A stretch of 64,000 nucleotides of DNA, taken from the NCBI GenBank assembly GCA_028710525.1, contig JAQTTY010000009.1, positions 53 to 64,052 on the forward strand. Direction: 5' to 3'. The notes under the pieces were generated by a model that saw only the letters and a list, made by a program, of their open reading frames with translations, searched no databases and was not told the origin of the DNA. Made by a program: the position numbers and the translations under genes. This document shows, in pieces, positions 8,678-17,740 of this stretch (its first letter is position 1; each line of letters starts with the position of its first letter). Origin of the DNA: Gallionella sp. (lineage in GTDB: Bacteria > Pseudomonadota > Gammaproteobacteria > Burkholderiales > Gallionellaceae).

Positions 8678-9913
8678 GTGGCAAATAAGGCAAAGGAATT
8701 ACCAGCATTGTCAGTTAGCAGATTGACGAAACCGGGCCTACATTTTGTGGGTGGGGTTGCAGGGCTTGCATTGCATGTTAACCAGCAGGGCGCACGCTCA
8801 TGGATATTGCGCGCCATGATAGGGGGAAAGCGTAGAGAGATGGGGCTGGGTGCATTTCCAGATGTAACGCTTGCGGGCGCAAGGGAGTTAGCTCGGATAG
8901 CGCGCGAAAAAATCAAAGAGGGAATAGACCCCATCGAGGATGGCAAAGCAAAGCGTAGCGCCTTGCTCGCGCTACGCGCCTCATCCATGACCTTCAGTGA
9001 AGCGGCCACGGCGTATATCTCGGTGATGGAGGCGGAATGGACCAACGATAAACACGCCAAGCAATGGCTAAGTACCCTGACAGCTTATGCCTTTCCCGTG
9101 ATAGGAAATATCTATGTGAGGGAGATCGACCATACACATATTGTGCGAGTGCTGGAGCCAATCTGGCTGACCAAAACAGAAACGGCAACACGTTTGCGCG
9201 GACGTATGGAGAACATACTCGACTGGACGCGTGTACGAGGCTATCGCACGGGCGAGAATCCCGCGCGCTGGCGTGGACACTTGGACATGCTATTGCCAAC
9301 ACCCGGCAAAGTTCAGAAAGTTGAACACCATCCTGCACTCCCGTTTGATGCACTAGGTGAATTTATGGTGTTGCTGCGTCAGCAAGAGGGCATGGGGGCG
9401 AGGGCGCTGGAATTTGCCATTCTTACAGCAGCACGTTCTGGAGAGGTTCGTGGGGCAAGGTGGTCCGAGATTGATCTGGATGATGCTACTTGGACAATTT
9501 CTGCCGAGCGTATGAAAGCTCGGAAAGAACATCGCGTGGCATTAAATGAAGAAGCGGTGGTTCTGCTCAAATCAATGCAGCACTCAAGTGAGTTTGTCTT
9601 TCCAAATAACAAGGGTACGCAGTTATCTGATATGACCCTGACAGCAGTGTTAAGACGCATGGGGCGTGGCAACATTACGGCGCATGGGTTCCGCTCCACG
9701 TTCCGCGATTGGTGCAGCGAGCGCACCAACTACCCGCGTGATGTCGCGGAAATGGCTTTGGCTCATACCATCAGTGATAAGGTCGAAGCTGCCTATAGGC
9801 GCGGTGATCTGTTTGAGAAACGCCGTCGTTTGATGCGTGACTGGGGAAAATTCAGCAGCAAAGTTCTGACGGTAGCTAGTGTGACTTCAATTACGGAAAA
9901 AGCAGCAGCATGA
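8678..9913 (+). CDS. int: Tyrosine recombinase, P4-type integrase (N-terminal arm-binding DUF4102-like domain)
   Basis: Catalytic R (ARSGEVRGARW), HxxR (HGFRSTFRDW), H (LAH) and Y (AYRRGD). A GTG start at 8678 with an AGGGAG SD is preferred over the TTG at 8663. Confidence 0.85.
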   Translation: MANKAKELPALSVSRLTKPGLHFVGGVAGLALHVNQQGARSWILRAMIGGKRREMGLGAFPDVTLAGARELARIAREKIKEGIDPIEDGKAKRSALLALRASSMTFSEAATAYISVMEAEWTNDKHAKQWLSTLTAYAFPVIGNIYVREIDHTHIVRVLEPIWLTKTETATRLRGRMENILDWTRVRGYRTGENPARWRGHLDMLLPTPGKVQKVEHHPALPFDALGEFMVLLRQQEGMGARALEFAILTAARSGEVRGARWSEIDLDDATWTISAERMKARKEHRVALNEEAVVLLKSMQHSSEFVFPNNKGTQLSDMTLTAVLRRMGRGNITAHGFRSTFRDWCSERTNYPRDVAEMALAHTISDKVEAAYRRGDLFEKRRRLMRDWGKFSSKVLTVASVTSITEKAAA

Positions 9914-9952
9914 CAATTCAAAAGTTAAACATCCAATTTAAAGAGAAGTGAA

Positions 9953-10834
9953 ATGAAAATTAGTGCATCAGAAACTCAGCGTGACTCAAGCCATTTGAAA
10001 ACCAGCCTGCAACATTGGTTCAGATTTGGCAATTTAGAACCAGAACGAGGAATAGCCCTATTGCTCGGCTTAGAGGCTGACGATACCCAGCTAGCCGCTT
10101 TAGCAGACTGGGGAAAAGATAAGAAAAGAGATTGGGAAATTCTCACTTCTGGAATATTGATGTTGAGTGGGAATGTGCTGAAGTTGCCCCCTAATCCAAC
10201 GTTGGCTCCAAGCAAACCGTTATACCGTGAGCCGTACATTGCAGAAGAAGTGGAGCGTGATTTTGAAGAGAGACAAGTTGGGTATGCCAGTACCGAGGCT
10301 GAATTTGATGCCTTTACAGCTTATATGGCGGCAGAAGAGGCGACTTTTTTAAAGCACCGAGATCAGGCTGAACAAGAGTGGCTTAGGCGTGCAGATGAAG
10401 ATATGGATGACCTAGAGTATGTATTTGGCGAAATTGTTATGGAATACAAGAAATGGTTGAGTTATTGGGAATCAGACTTATCCATACATCCGGCTGCAGT
10501 AGGGCTTTCATACTATATAACTTGGGCAAAATCTAAAGACTTTACTCCCGAGTGGCATCGCATTGCGATCAAGCCAGAGCCAACGAAACAAACGTATGAG
10601 ACTCCAAACATCCAAGAATTCGAGCGTGAAAGGCTACTAAAACAAGTGGCAGCGTTAGCTTTGGTTCTTGCTGAGAAGTCAAATCTTTACAAACGCGGCG
10701 AAAACCCAAACGCACTCCAAATTTCAACATCAGTAGAAGCTGTACTTGATGAAGTACCAGGTGCAAATTTAAAAGGGCTTGGAAAATCAAATATTAGAGC
10801 GAGCATTAAGGAAGGTCTTAAGCTAATTGCCTAG
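9953..10834 (+). CDS. Hypothetical island protein
   Basis: 293-aa ORF downstream of int on the same strand. No motif recognised. Confidence 0.5.
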   Translation: MKISASETQRDSSHLKTSLQHWFRFGNLEPERGIALLLGLEADDTQLAALADWGKDKKRDWEILTSGILMLSGNVLKLPPNPTLAPSKPLYREPYIAEEVERDFEERQVGYASTEAEFDAFTAYMAAEEATFLKHRDQAEQEWLRRADEDMDDLEYVFGEIVMEYKKWLSYWESDLSIHPAAVGLSYYITWAKSKDFTPEWHRIAIKPEPTKQTYETPNIQEFERERLLKQVAALALVLAEKSNLYKRGENPNALQISTSVEAVLDEVPGANLKGLGKSNIRASIKEGLKLIA

Positions 10835-10951
10835 CGACAAAAAGCAAAACTCATTGCCAGTGGCAACAATGTTTGCCAGGCTGGCAAACGATAGACACGC
10901 TGTGCGTCAAACTGCTCTCAGGTTAAATCAATCCACTGAGGGAATGAACAA

Positions 10952-11197
10952 ATGGCAAAGCAATCTGCATCGAAACCAATACCTGAAGCATTAATCAATT
11001 TTGATTCGCTCCCAGATTCAGCGAACGTCCGGCAGCCAGTCGTTCAGGGCTTGGTGGGCTGTTCGGCCGCAACTGTTTGGCGCATGGTCAAAAGGGGGAC
11101 ATTACCAAGGCCTCGCAAAATATCGACGCGCATTACAGCTTGGAATGTGGGTGAACTGAGAGAGGTCTTAGTGAAGGAAAATGGGAGTATGAAATGA
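10952..11197 (+). CDS. alpA: AlpA-family phage/island transcriptional regulator (MerR-like HTH, excisionase-like)
   Basis: 81 aa. The HTH segment VRQPVVQGLVGCSAATVWRMVKRGTLPRPRKISTRITAWNVGELREVL fits the AlpA pattern. Typical position next to a P4-type integrase. Confidence 0.7.
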   Translation: MAKQSASKPIPEALINFDSLPDSANVRQPVVQGLVGCSAATVWRMVKRGTLPRPRKISTRITAWNVGELREVLVKENGSMK

Positions 11198-11646
11198 GCA
11201 CTGAAGATACCAAAAGTAACCTGAAACAAGAAAAAGTGCGCACCCGTAAAGGGCCAATCAGAAGAATTTCAGGTGAGCAATTCTTGATTATGGGGGATGT
11301 TCTAGATATTTATGCCTTGGGTTTAAATCCAATCGAGCAAACCCAGCGCCAAGCATTCAGAAAGTTACTACCAAATGTTCACGTCATGAGAATTTTACAT
11401 AAAAATTCATTCAAAACGATAACTGCAGCCCTTGCTCAATGTGGTCTAAAGCTCAGTGTGTCTACTGTGCGTGTTTATTACTCCAAAATGCTGCCAAAGT
11501 ATCAGGCTGAGTGTGATTTGCGTTTAGTAGAAGCAGAGAAAAATTCTCTTAAATTCCAAATTCTGTATGAGAATCAAATAAGGGAAAGAATTTTCCAATC
11601 TGCCTTGGCAGTTAAAGAACAGCGGGACTCGGACGAAAGCTGGTAG
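11194..11646 (+). CDS. Hypothetical island protein
   Basis: 150-aa ORF whose start overlaps the alpA stop (ATGA). No motif recognised. Confidence 0.45.
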   Translation: MSTEDTKSNLKQEKVRTRKGPIRRISGEQFLIMGDVLDIYALGLNPIEQTQRQAFRKLLPNVHVMRILHKNSFKTITAALAQCGLKLSVSTVRVYYSKMLPKYQAECDLRLVEAEKNSLKFQILYENQIRERIFQSALAVKEQRDSDESW

Positions 11647-11767
11647 GGCAGGGGATATACAAAATTCCCCAGGCTGTGAGCTTTTCTAAGGTCTATGTAC
11701 TTTATAAGTTGGCATCAATTCCTCTAGCCCTTCATAATCCGCGCTTTACAAAATCTCTCCTGTAACC

Positions 11768-13423
11768 ATGATCGACGACATCAAGAAAACCCTTTGGGCG
11801 ACCGCCGACAAGTTGCGCGCCAACATGGATGCGGCTGAGTACAAGCATTTGGTGTTGGGTCTGATCTTCGTCAAATATATTTCCGATACCTTTGCCGCGC
11901 GCCGTGCCGAATTAGGTCGCCGCTTTGCTGATCCTAAAGACGACTACTACCTCGACGACGCCGCGCTGTTTGCCGACGAGTTGGAAGACCGCGACTACTA
12001 CAAAGAAGTGAACGTATTTTGGGTGCCAGAAAGTGCGCGTTGGGAAGCGTTGCGCGCTGCGGCCAAGCAGCCGGACATCGGCAAGCGCATCGACGATGCG
12101 CTGACAGTTATCGAAGCAGAAAATCCTAAGCTCAAGACCATCCTCGACAAGCGCTATGCCCGCGCGCAGTTGCCGGATGGCAAGTTGGGCGAGCTGGTGG
12201 ACATGGTTTCCACCATCGGTTTTGGCGTTGATCCCGGCAAAGCGCGGGATGTGCTGGGGCAGGTCTATGAATATTTCCTGGGTCAATTTGCTAGCGCCGA
12301 AGGAAAGCGCGGCGGGCAGTTCTACACGCCTGCCAGCATCGTCAAAACCTTGGTCGCTGTGCTCGCGCCGCATCACGGCAAGGTGTATGACCCCTGTTGC
12401 GGGTCGGGTGGGATGTTCGTGCAATCAGAAAGATTTATCGAAGCGCACGGCGGCAAGATAGGTGACGTGGCAATCTTCGGGCAGGAATCCAACCCCACTA
12501 CATGGCGCTTGGCGGCGATGAACCTCGCTATACGTGGTATCGACTTCAACCTCGGCCGTGAGCCGGGCGACACCTTCACTAAGAACCAGCACACCGATCT
12601 ACGTGCCGATTTTATTCTGGCCAACCCGCCGTTCAACATCAGCGACTGGTGGCACGGCAGCCTGACGGGTGATCCGCGCTGGGTATATGGCGACCCACCG
12701 CAGGGCAACGCCAACTATGCATGGCTGCAACACATGCTGTATCACCTCAAGCCCACAGGGCGCGCAGGCATCGTGCTGGCGAATGGCTCGATGAGCTCCA
12801 GTCAAAACAGCGAGGGCGAGATACGCAAAGCCATGGTCGAAGCCGACGTAGTGGAAGTGATGATCGCGTTGCCCGGCCAACTGTTCTTCAACACCCAGAT
12901 ACCCGCCTGCCTGTGGTTTCTTGCCAAACAAAAAACCACAAGACAAGGCGAAGTGCTGTTCATTGACGCACGCAAACTCGGCAGCATGATTAGTCGTGTG
13001 CAAACCGAATTCACCGATGAAGTGATAGAACGTATTGCCGCTACGGTTGCCGCATGGCGTGGCGATACCGTAGGGGCGCAATTTATTGCGCCCGAATCAG
13101 CAGGGCGCGATGAATCACGCCCCTACGCAAAAACCGCTCGCCCTGAGCCTAATAATTCCGTTCGCCCTGAGCCAGTCGAAGGGGGGCACTACGCAGACAT
13201 CCCCGGCTACTGCCGCAGTGTGAAGCTAGAAGAAATCGCCGAACACGGCCACGTCCTCACTCCCGGTCGTTACGTCGGTGCGGAAGAGGTGGAAGACGAT
13301 GACGAAGCTTTTGCCGACAAGATGCAGAAGCTCACCGAAAAACTGGGCGAGCAAATGGCGAAAGGAGCAGAGCTAGACGCTTTGATCCGGCACAAGCTGG
13401 GAGGGCTGGGGTATGAGTTCTGA
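11768..13423 (+). CDS. hsdM: Type I restriction-modification system methyltransferase subunit HsdM
   Basis: N-terminal HsdM_N-like segment. SAM motif [10 protein letters not shown] and catalytic NPPF ([13 protein letters not shown]). Overlaps the hsdS start. Carries a REP-like in-frame insertion at about 13070-13186. Confidence 0.9.
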   Translation: MIDDIKKTLWATADKLRANMDAAEYKHLVLGLIFVKYISDTFAARRAELGRRFADPKDDYYLDDAALFADELEDRDYYKEVNVFWVPESARWEALRAAAKQPDIGKRIDDALTVIEAENPKLKTILDKRYARAQLPDGKLGELVDMVSTIGFGVDPGKARDVLGQVYEYFLGQFASAEGKRGGQFYTPASIVKTLVAVLAPHHGKVYDPCCGSGGMFVQSERFIEAHGGKIGDVAIFGQESNPTTWRLAAMNLAIRGIDFNLGREPGDTFTKNQHTDLRADFILANPPFNISDWWHGSLTGDPRWVYGDPPQGNANYAWLQHMLYHLKPTGRAGIVLANGSMSSSQNSEGEIRKAMVEADVVEVMIALPGQLFFNTQIPACLWFLAKQKTTRQGEVLFIDARKLGSMISRVQTEFTDEVIERIAATVAAWRGDTVGAQFIAPESAGRDESRPYAKTARPEPNNSVRPEPVEGGHYADIPGYCRSVKLEEIAEHGHVLTPGRYVGAEEVEDDDEAFADKMQKLTEKLGEQMAKGAELDALIRHKLGGLGYEF

Positions 13424-14774
13424 GCAAACTCGCTCACTTCGAGATTTTGTTAGCCTTCAACGAGGAACAACCTACAAAGGAAATCTCGTTGGACTGCCCG
13501 GGCCTGTATTGCTGGGTTTAGCATCAATTAAACCTAACGGTGGTTTCCGTTATGGTGGTTTCAAAACTTATGGCGGTGAGTGTCCAGAGAAAATATCTCT
13601 TCGATCCGGTGATTTGTACGTATCGCTAAAAGATGTCACTCAATCAGGTGACTTACTCGGCTCCGTTGCTAAAATTCCTACTGATATTGAATCAGGTCGT
13701 CTCACTCAAGATACCGTCAAACTGGTTTTTGATGGCGCGCCAACTTCAAAGGACTACCTTTACTGGTTACTTCGAACCCCAGCATACCGTGATTACTGCC
13801 GAGGTTGTGCCACTGGAACCACAACTTTAGGACTAGCAAGGGATGACTTCCTCAACTACCCAGTTCCCAATCCTAGTGAAGCAGATATGGTGTTGGTTGA
13901 GCTGCTAGAAGGAATTGAGAAGCGTATTACCCTTCTGAGCGAAACCAACGCCACGCTGGAAGCCATTGCGCAGGCGATGTTCAAATCGTGGTTTGTCGAT
14001 TTCGATCCCGTCCACGCCAAACAACAAGGCCTCGCCCCCGAAGGCATGAGCGAAGCCATACCCGCAAGGGGTACGCCGGTGTGTGCCCCGGGCGTTCCGC
14101 CCGACCCTTCCGCTGCCGCCGCGCTATTCCCCGACAGCTTCGAGGAATCGGAACTGGGCTTGGTGCCGAGGGGGTGGCGCACAAGTGCTGTGTACGATCT
14201 GGCGCAGTACATCAATGGTGCTGCATATAAAGCATTTGAGCCGAACGCTGAGCAACGCGGTCTGCCGATTATTAAGATTGCAGAACTTAAAGCTGGCGTT
14301 ACTAAACAGACAGGTTATTCAGATGTCAGCATGCCTGAAAAATACAGGATAGCTACTGGAGATATTTTGTTCTCTTGGTCTGGAAATCCTGATACATCCA
14401 TTGATACTTTTGTCTGGCTTCATGGCGACGCTTGGCTCAACCAGCATATCTTCCGAGTTGTTCCAAGTACATCAAGTGACCGTTCATTTGTCTTGATGAC
14501 GCTCAAGTACCTGAACCCAATATTCGCAGAGATTGCACGAAATAAACAAACCACAGGGTTAGGCCATGTAACTGTTGCCGACTTGAAAAGGCTGCGTGTA
14601 GTTAAACCGAGTGATGCAGTGCTTCAGCAATGGAATGAGATTGTTGATCCATTGATTGAGAGAGCATTAAATGTTCAGCAGCAAGCCCAAACCCTCGCCA
14701 CCCTCCGCGACACACTGCTCCCCCGCTTGATTGCTGGCAAAATTAGTATTTCAGGACAGGAGGGGGTTGTATGA
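13413..14774 (+). CDS. hsdS: Type I restriction-modification specificity subunit HsdS
   Basis: Two low-GC target-recognition domains separated by high-GC conserved helices ([35 protein letters not shown]). Sits in an operon with hsdM. Confidence 0.85.
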   Translation: MSSEQTRSLRDFVSLQRGTTYKGNLVGLPGPVLLGLASIKPNGGFRYGGFKTYGGECPEKISLRSGDLYVSLKDVTQSGDLLGSVAKIPTDIESGRLTQDTVKLVFDGAPTSKDYLYWLLRTPAYRDYCRGCATGTTTLGLARDDFLNYPVPNPSEADMVLVELLEGIEKRITLLSETNATLEAIAQAMFKSWFVDFDPVHAKQQGLAPEGMSEAIPARGTPVCAPGVPPDPSAAAALFPDSFEESELGLVPRGWRTSAVYDLAQYINGAAYKAFEPNAEQRGLPIIKIAELKAGVTKQTGYSDVSMPEKYRIATGDILFSWSGNPDTSIDTFVWLHGDAWLNQHIFRVVPSTSSDRSFVLMTLKYLNPIFAEIARNKQTTGLGHVTVADLKRLRVVKPSDAVLQQWNEIVDPLIERALNVQQQAQTLATLRDTLLPRLIAGKISISGQEGVV

Positions 14775-15325
14775 AGTTACGGCTATTTTCATCGGTCATT
14801 ATTTTCCTGAGTGCTTATTCACCGCTTGCCATTATTTTCTGCATTCAGAATTATGATTTCGAGAAACAAGAAATGCTGCACCCGCACATTATTTGGCCGA
14901 TTCTTGGCTTGGCAGTGGTGAGCTGCATTATTTTGTGGGCAACAGTGAGTCTTCCAAAAGTTTCAAAAGCACCAGTTACCGTTAGAGCGGTATCAAACAA
15001 GTCGAGCGAGTTGGTCAGCTACACGATCCCGTACATGGTTTCCTTTTTTGTAATTGAACACTGGAATACCCAGCTTCTCATTAGCTTTGCCTTTTTCATG
15101 TTCATCATGTTTTGGTTGACGCTCAAAACGCACACTATCTTCAACAACCCTATTCTTGCCATGTTGGGATACAACATCTTTGATGTGCATTATGAAAAGA
15201 ATGGCAGGGAGTATCAAGATTACTGGCTGGCGAAGGGCGGGCGACTAAGGAAAAACGAGCAATGCCGGATTGTTGAAATTTCAGAGCAACTTTATCTAGT
15301 CACAGAACGTAACCCAGAGGTGTAA
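14771..15325 (+). CDS. Four-TM membrane protein, KwaA-like (Kiwa component A candidate)
   Basis: 184 aa with about 4 predicted TM helices and a cytosolic tail. ATGA overlap with the hsdS stop and a strong SD (GGAGGGGG). About 38-40 percent GC inside an hsd operon of about 58 percent GC. Confidence 0.5.
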   Translation: MKLRLFSSVIIFLSAYSPLAIIFCIQNYDFEKQEMLHPHIIWPILGLAVVSCIILWATVSLPKVSKAPVTVRAVSNKSSELVSYTIPYMVSFFVIEHWNTQLLISFAFFMFIMFWLTLKTHTIFNNPILAMLGYNIFDVHYEKNGREYQDYWLAKGGRLRKNEQCRIVEISEQLYLVTERNPEV

Positions 15326-15327
15326 GC

Positions 15328-16272
15328 ATGGAAGAAAAAAAGAAGCTGCTTGCTAAAATTAAATCACTTGACTGGTCTCGTGCCAGCGTTTCTCTCTACT
15401 TGATCAAACGCACGCTAGTTCATCGACAAGCCACCTACGATGTTCTGCAAGTCAATGCCGATGATAAGTTGCGAAAAAGGTTGAGAGGCATTGCTAGCAG
15501 CAAGATTCAGCAGTCAAACAATGCACTTGAATATGACTTCCATACCGCCGATTTAGATGACAACCTTCTTGGTATTGCCACATCTGAAACAGATTTCCAA
15601 GACATTATAGATGTCATTGCCGCAGAAGATGAACCGGGCTTTGCGGATTCAATTGAACAGTTAATTGACTCGTGGCTCTATATCGCTCGCTTAGATATTG
15701 CTGGGAAACCGCCGATGTATGCGGCACGACGCGTATCCGAGGGCTGGACAACGAAGAAGGTCTCGCAGCTTATCAGCATGATTTTCCAAGACAACATGCT
15801 GGTTGATATTGAGCAGAAAGAGATATTCCGAATAGACGGGAAGGTGGATTTTTTCTCCTACGATGGCACGACGTTCATAGCGGACAAGAAGAATTTCGAG
15901 ACCGCCCTGAACTTCAGGGAAGGAATGGAACGTAACCGCGATGAAATTGTAGATGAGTTCCATTCCCTCAATCTGTTTGAGAATGCCGCTGAGATTTCGG
16001 CCTTGGTCGGTGACAACATTCGTCGTTTGCGACGATTGTCTCAAGTCAAGAAAGCTGCTTATTACAAGGATGCCAACTTTTTGGCGAATCTAAAAAGAGT
16101 GAATGCTGAAGAAGGCTGGGGGATAAAGTATTCCGCACATGGGAAGCTGTTAGTCACAGAGGAAGACATTGAAATAGTTTTGCGTGTACTGAATAACGAC
16201 CGCTTAACATCGAAGATAAACTCCGAAAATTTTGATGTCGATGTGAAGCATAAGCTAGGTAGTCCAACTTGA
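15328..16272 (+). CDS. Soluble 314-aa protein, KwaB-like (DUF4868-like; Kiwa component B candidate)
   Basis: Starts 3 nt after the membrane-protein stop, with SD GAGGTG. Size and pairing with a 4-TM partner match Kiwa. The family was assigned from memory and not searched. Confidence 0.45.
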   Translation: MEEKKKLLAKIKSLDWSRASVSLYLIKRTLVHRQATYDVLQVNADDKLRKRLRGIASSKIQQSNNALEYDFHTADLDDNLLGIATSETDFQDIIDVIAAEDEPGFADSIEQLIDSWLYIARLDIAGKPPMYAARRVSEGWTTKKVSQLISMIFQDNMLVDIEQKEIFRIDGKVDFFSYDGTTFIADKKNFETALNFREGMERNRDEIVDEFHSLNLFENAAEISALVGDNIRRLRRLSQVKKAAYYKDANFLANLKRVNAEEGWGIKYSAHGKLLVTEEDIEIVLRVLNNDRLTSKINSENFDVDVKHKLGSPT

Positions 16273-16374
16273 TATGATTCTGCGACACGTTGCTCCCCAC
16301 TGATTTCTGACCAACTGCAACTGCCGGAAGCCTGTGCCGCGCTGGAAGAAGCTTAAAATGTCGCGACTTCAATT

Positions 16375-16427
16375 AGTCAGCAACCTGCTGACTAATTTTA
16401 TATTTGGGCAGCACGCTGCTGCCCAAA
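16375..16427 (+). terminator. Two consecutive stem-loops ending the hsdM-to-15328 operon
   Basis: AGTCAGCA-ACC-TGCTGACT (16375-16393) and TTTGGGCAGCA-CGC-TGCTGCCCAAA (16403-16427). No clean U-tract, so termination efficiency is uncertain. Confidence 0.45.
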
Positions 16428-16451
16428 TGAGTAGATGGATGCAAATCATTC

Positions 16452-16503
16452 GTAGGTCGGGTTACGCTACTCTCTCGTACACTTAAGGGTGAACCCGACC
16501 TAC
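16452..16503. repeat. REP-like palindromic element
   Basis: 12-bp perfect inverted repeat GTAGGTCGGGTT / AACCCGACCTAC with a 28-nt spacer. Confidence 0.6.
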
Positions 16504-16549
16504 CAAAGACGACGAAAAGCGCATGAATGTGCTTGTATCATTTCTGCCA

Positions 16550-16642
16550 TTTTCTATACACGGCGCGGATGGAATGTATAAAAAATCGCGTTTTCTATAC
16601 ATGCTCAGGATAGAATGTATAGAAAATCGACTTTCCTATACA
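16550..16642 (+). promoter_or_regulatory. 41-bp direct repeats (2.3 copies) containing TCTATACA-N-TGTATAGA inverted repeats, upstream of fic-hsdR
   Basis: Units at 16550-16590 and 16591-16631 plus a partial unit 16632-16642. The last copy ends about 25 bp before the fic start codon. Confidence 0.5.
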
Positions 16643-16666
16643 AACCCTGAATGAGGATGCGCTGAA

Positions 16667-17740
16667 ATGACCTCCATCTTGCCCTTGGAACAACTGAAAG
16701 CCGGTCGCTTCGATACGCCTGCTATCCTTAAGAAGTTGGCGAGTAGTAGCCGTAAGCTGGCGGAGCTTAAGGGCATCGCGGCATCCATTCCCAATCAGGG
16801 CATTCTGATCAACACGCTGGGCATGCAGGAAGCCAAGGATAGTTCAGAAATCGAGAACATCGTCACCACGCAGGATGAAATTTTCAAGCAGGAAGTGTTA
16901 CCCGATGCTTTTGCCAATCCGGCTGCCAAAGAGGTACAACGTTATCGGCAGGCTTTGCGGCTGGGCTATGAGCAGGTGCGGGAGAGTGGGCTGATTACGG
17001 CAAATCACATCATCGCGATTCAATCAGAGTTAGAACAAAGTCATGCGGGGTTTCGCAAGTTGCCTGGCACCGCATTGAAAAACAACCGTGGTGAGACGGT
17101 TTATGCCCCGCCACAAGACCCAAGCGAGATCATTGCGCTGATGCGGGATCTGGAGCGATTTATCAATGATGATGCGTTGTATCAGGTCGATCCGCTGATC
17201 AAGATGGCTTTGTTACATCATCAGTTCGAAAGTATTCATCCGTTCTACGACGGCAATGGTCGCACTGGGCGCATTTTGAATGTGCTGTATCTGGTTAAGG
17301 AAGGCTTACTGGAGGTACCAGTGCTGTATTTGAGCAGCCATATCGTGCGCACCAAGGCAGATTACTACCGCTTGTTGCAGAAGGTGCGCGATGATGATGC
17401 GTGGGAAGAATGGGTGTTGTATATGCTGGAGGCAGTGGAACAAACCGCCGGGCAAACCCTGACTACGGTGCAAGACATTAAGGCTGCTTTATTCGACTAC
17501 AAGCACCGCATCCGTGCGGGGTTTAAGTTTTATAGTCAGGATTTGATCAATAACTTGTTTGCGCACCCTTATACCAAAATTGAATTTGTACAACGCGACT
17601 TGGGCGTGTCGCGCCTGACAGCTACCAAATATATTGATGCATTGGCTGAAGCGGGATTTGTGCAGAAACATAAAATCAAGGGCAGCAATTACTACATCAA
17701 TGTCGCGCTGAATCAGATTCTGCTGGGAAATCAGCAATGA
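16667..17740 (+). CDS. fic: Fic family protein (AMPylase/Fido domain with Fic-N and a C-terminal wHTH)
   Basis: Canonical motif [13 protein letters not shown]-terminal PN.GILIN.L...EA..SSEIENI pattern. Stop overlaps the hsdR start (ATGA). Confidence 0.85.
   Translation: MTSILPLEQLKAGRFDTPAILKKLASSSRKLAELKGIAASIPNQGILINTLGMQEAKDSSEIENIVTTQDEIFKQEVLPDAFANPAAKEVQRYRQALRLGYEQVRESGLITANHIIAIQSELEQSHAGFRKLPGTALKNNRGETVYAPPQDPSEIIALMRDLERFINDDALYQVDPLIKMALLHHQFESIHPFYDGNGRTGRILNVLYLVKEGLLEVPVLYLSSHIVRTKADYYRLLQKVRDDDAWEEWVLYMLEAVEQTAGQTLTTVQDIKAALFDYKHRIRAGFKFYSQDLINNLFAHPYTKIEFVQRDLGVSRLTATKYIDALAEAGFVQKHKIKGSNYYINVALNQILLGNQQ

Noticed and set aside
13856-14352. Several 67-119-aa ORFs on both strands within hsdS
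   Set aside because: They are confined to the GC-rich central conserved region and insert of hsdS, and are Arg/Pro/Gly-rich shadow frames.
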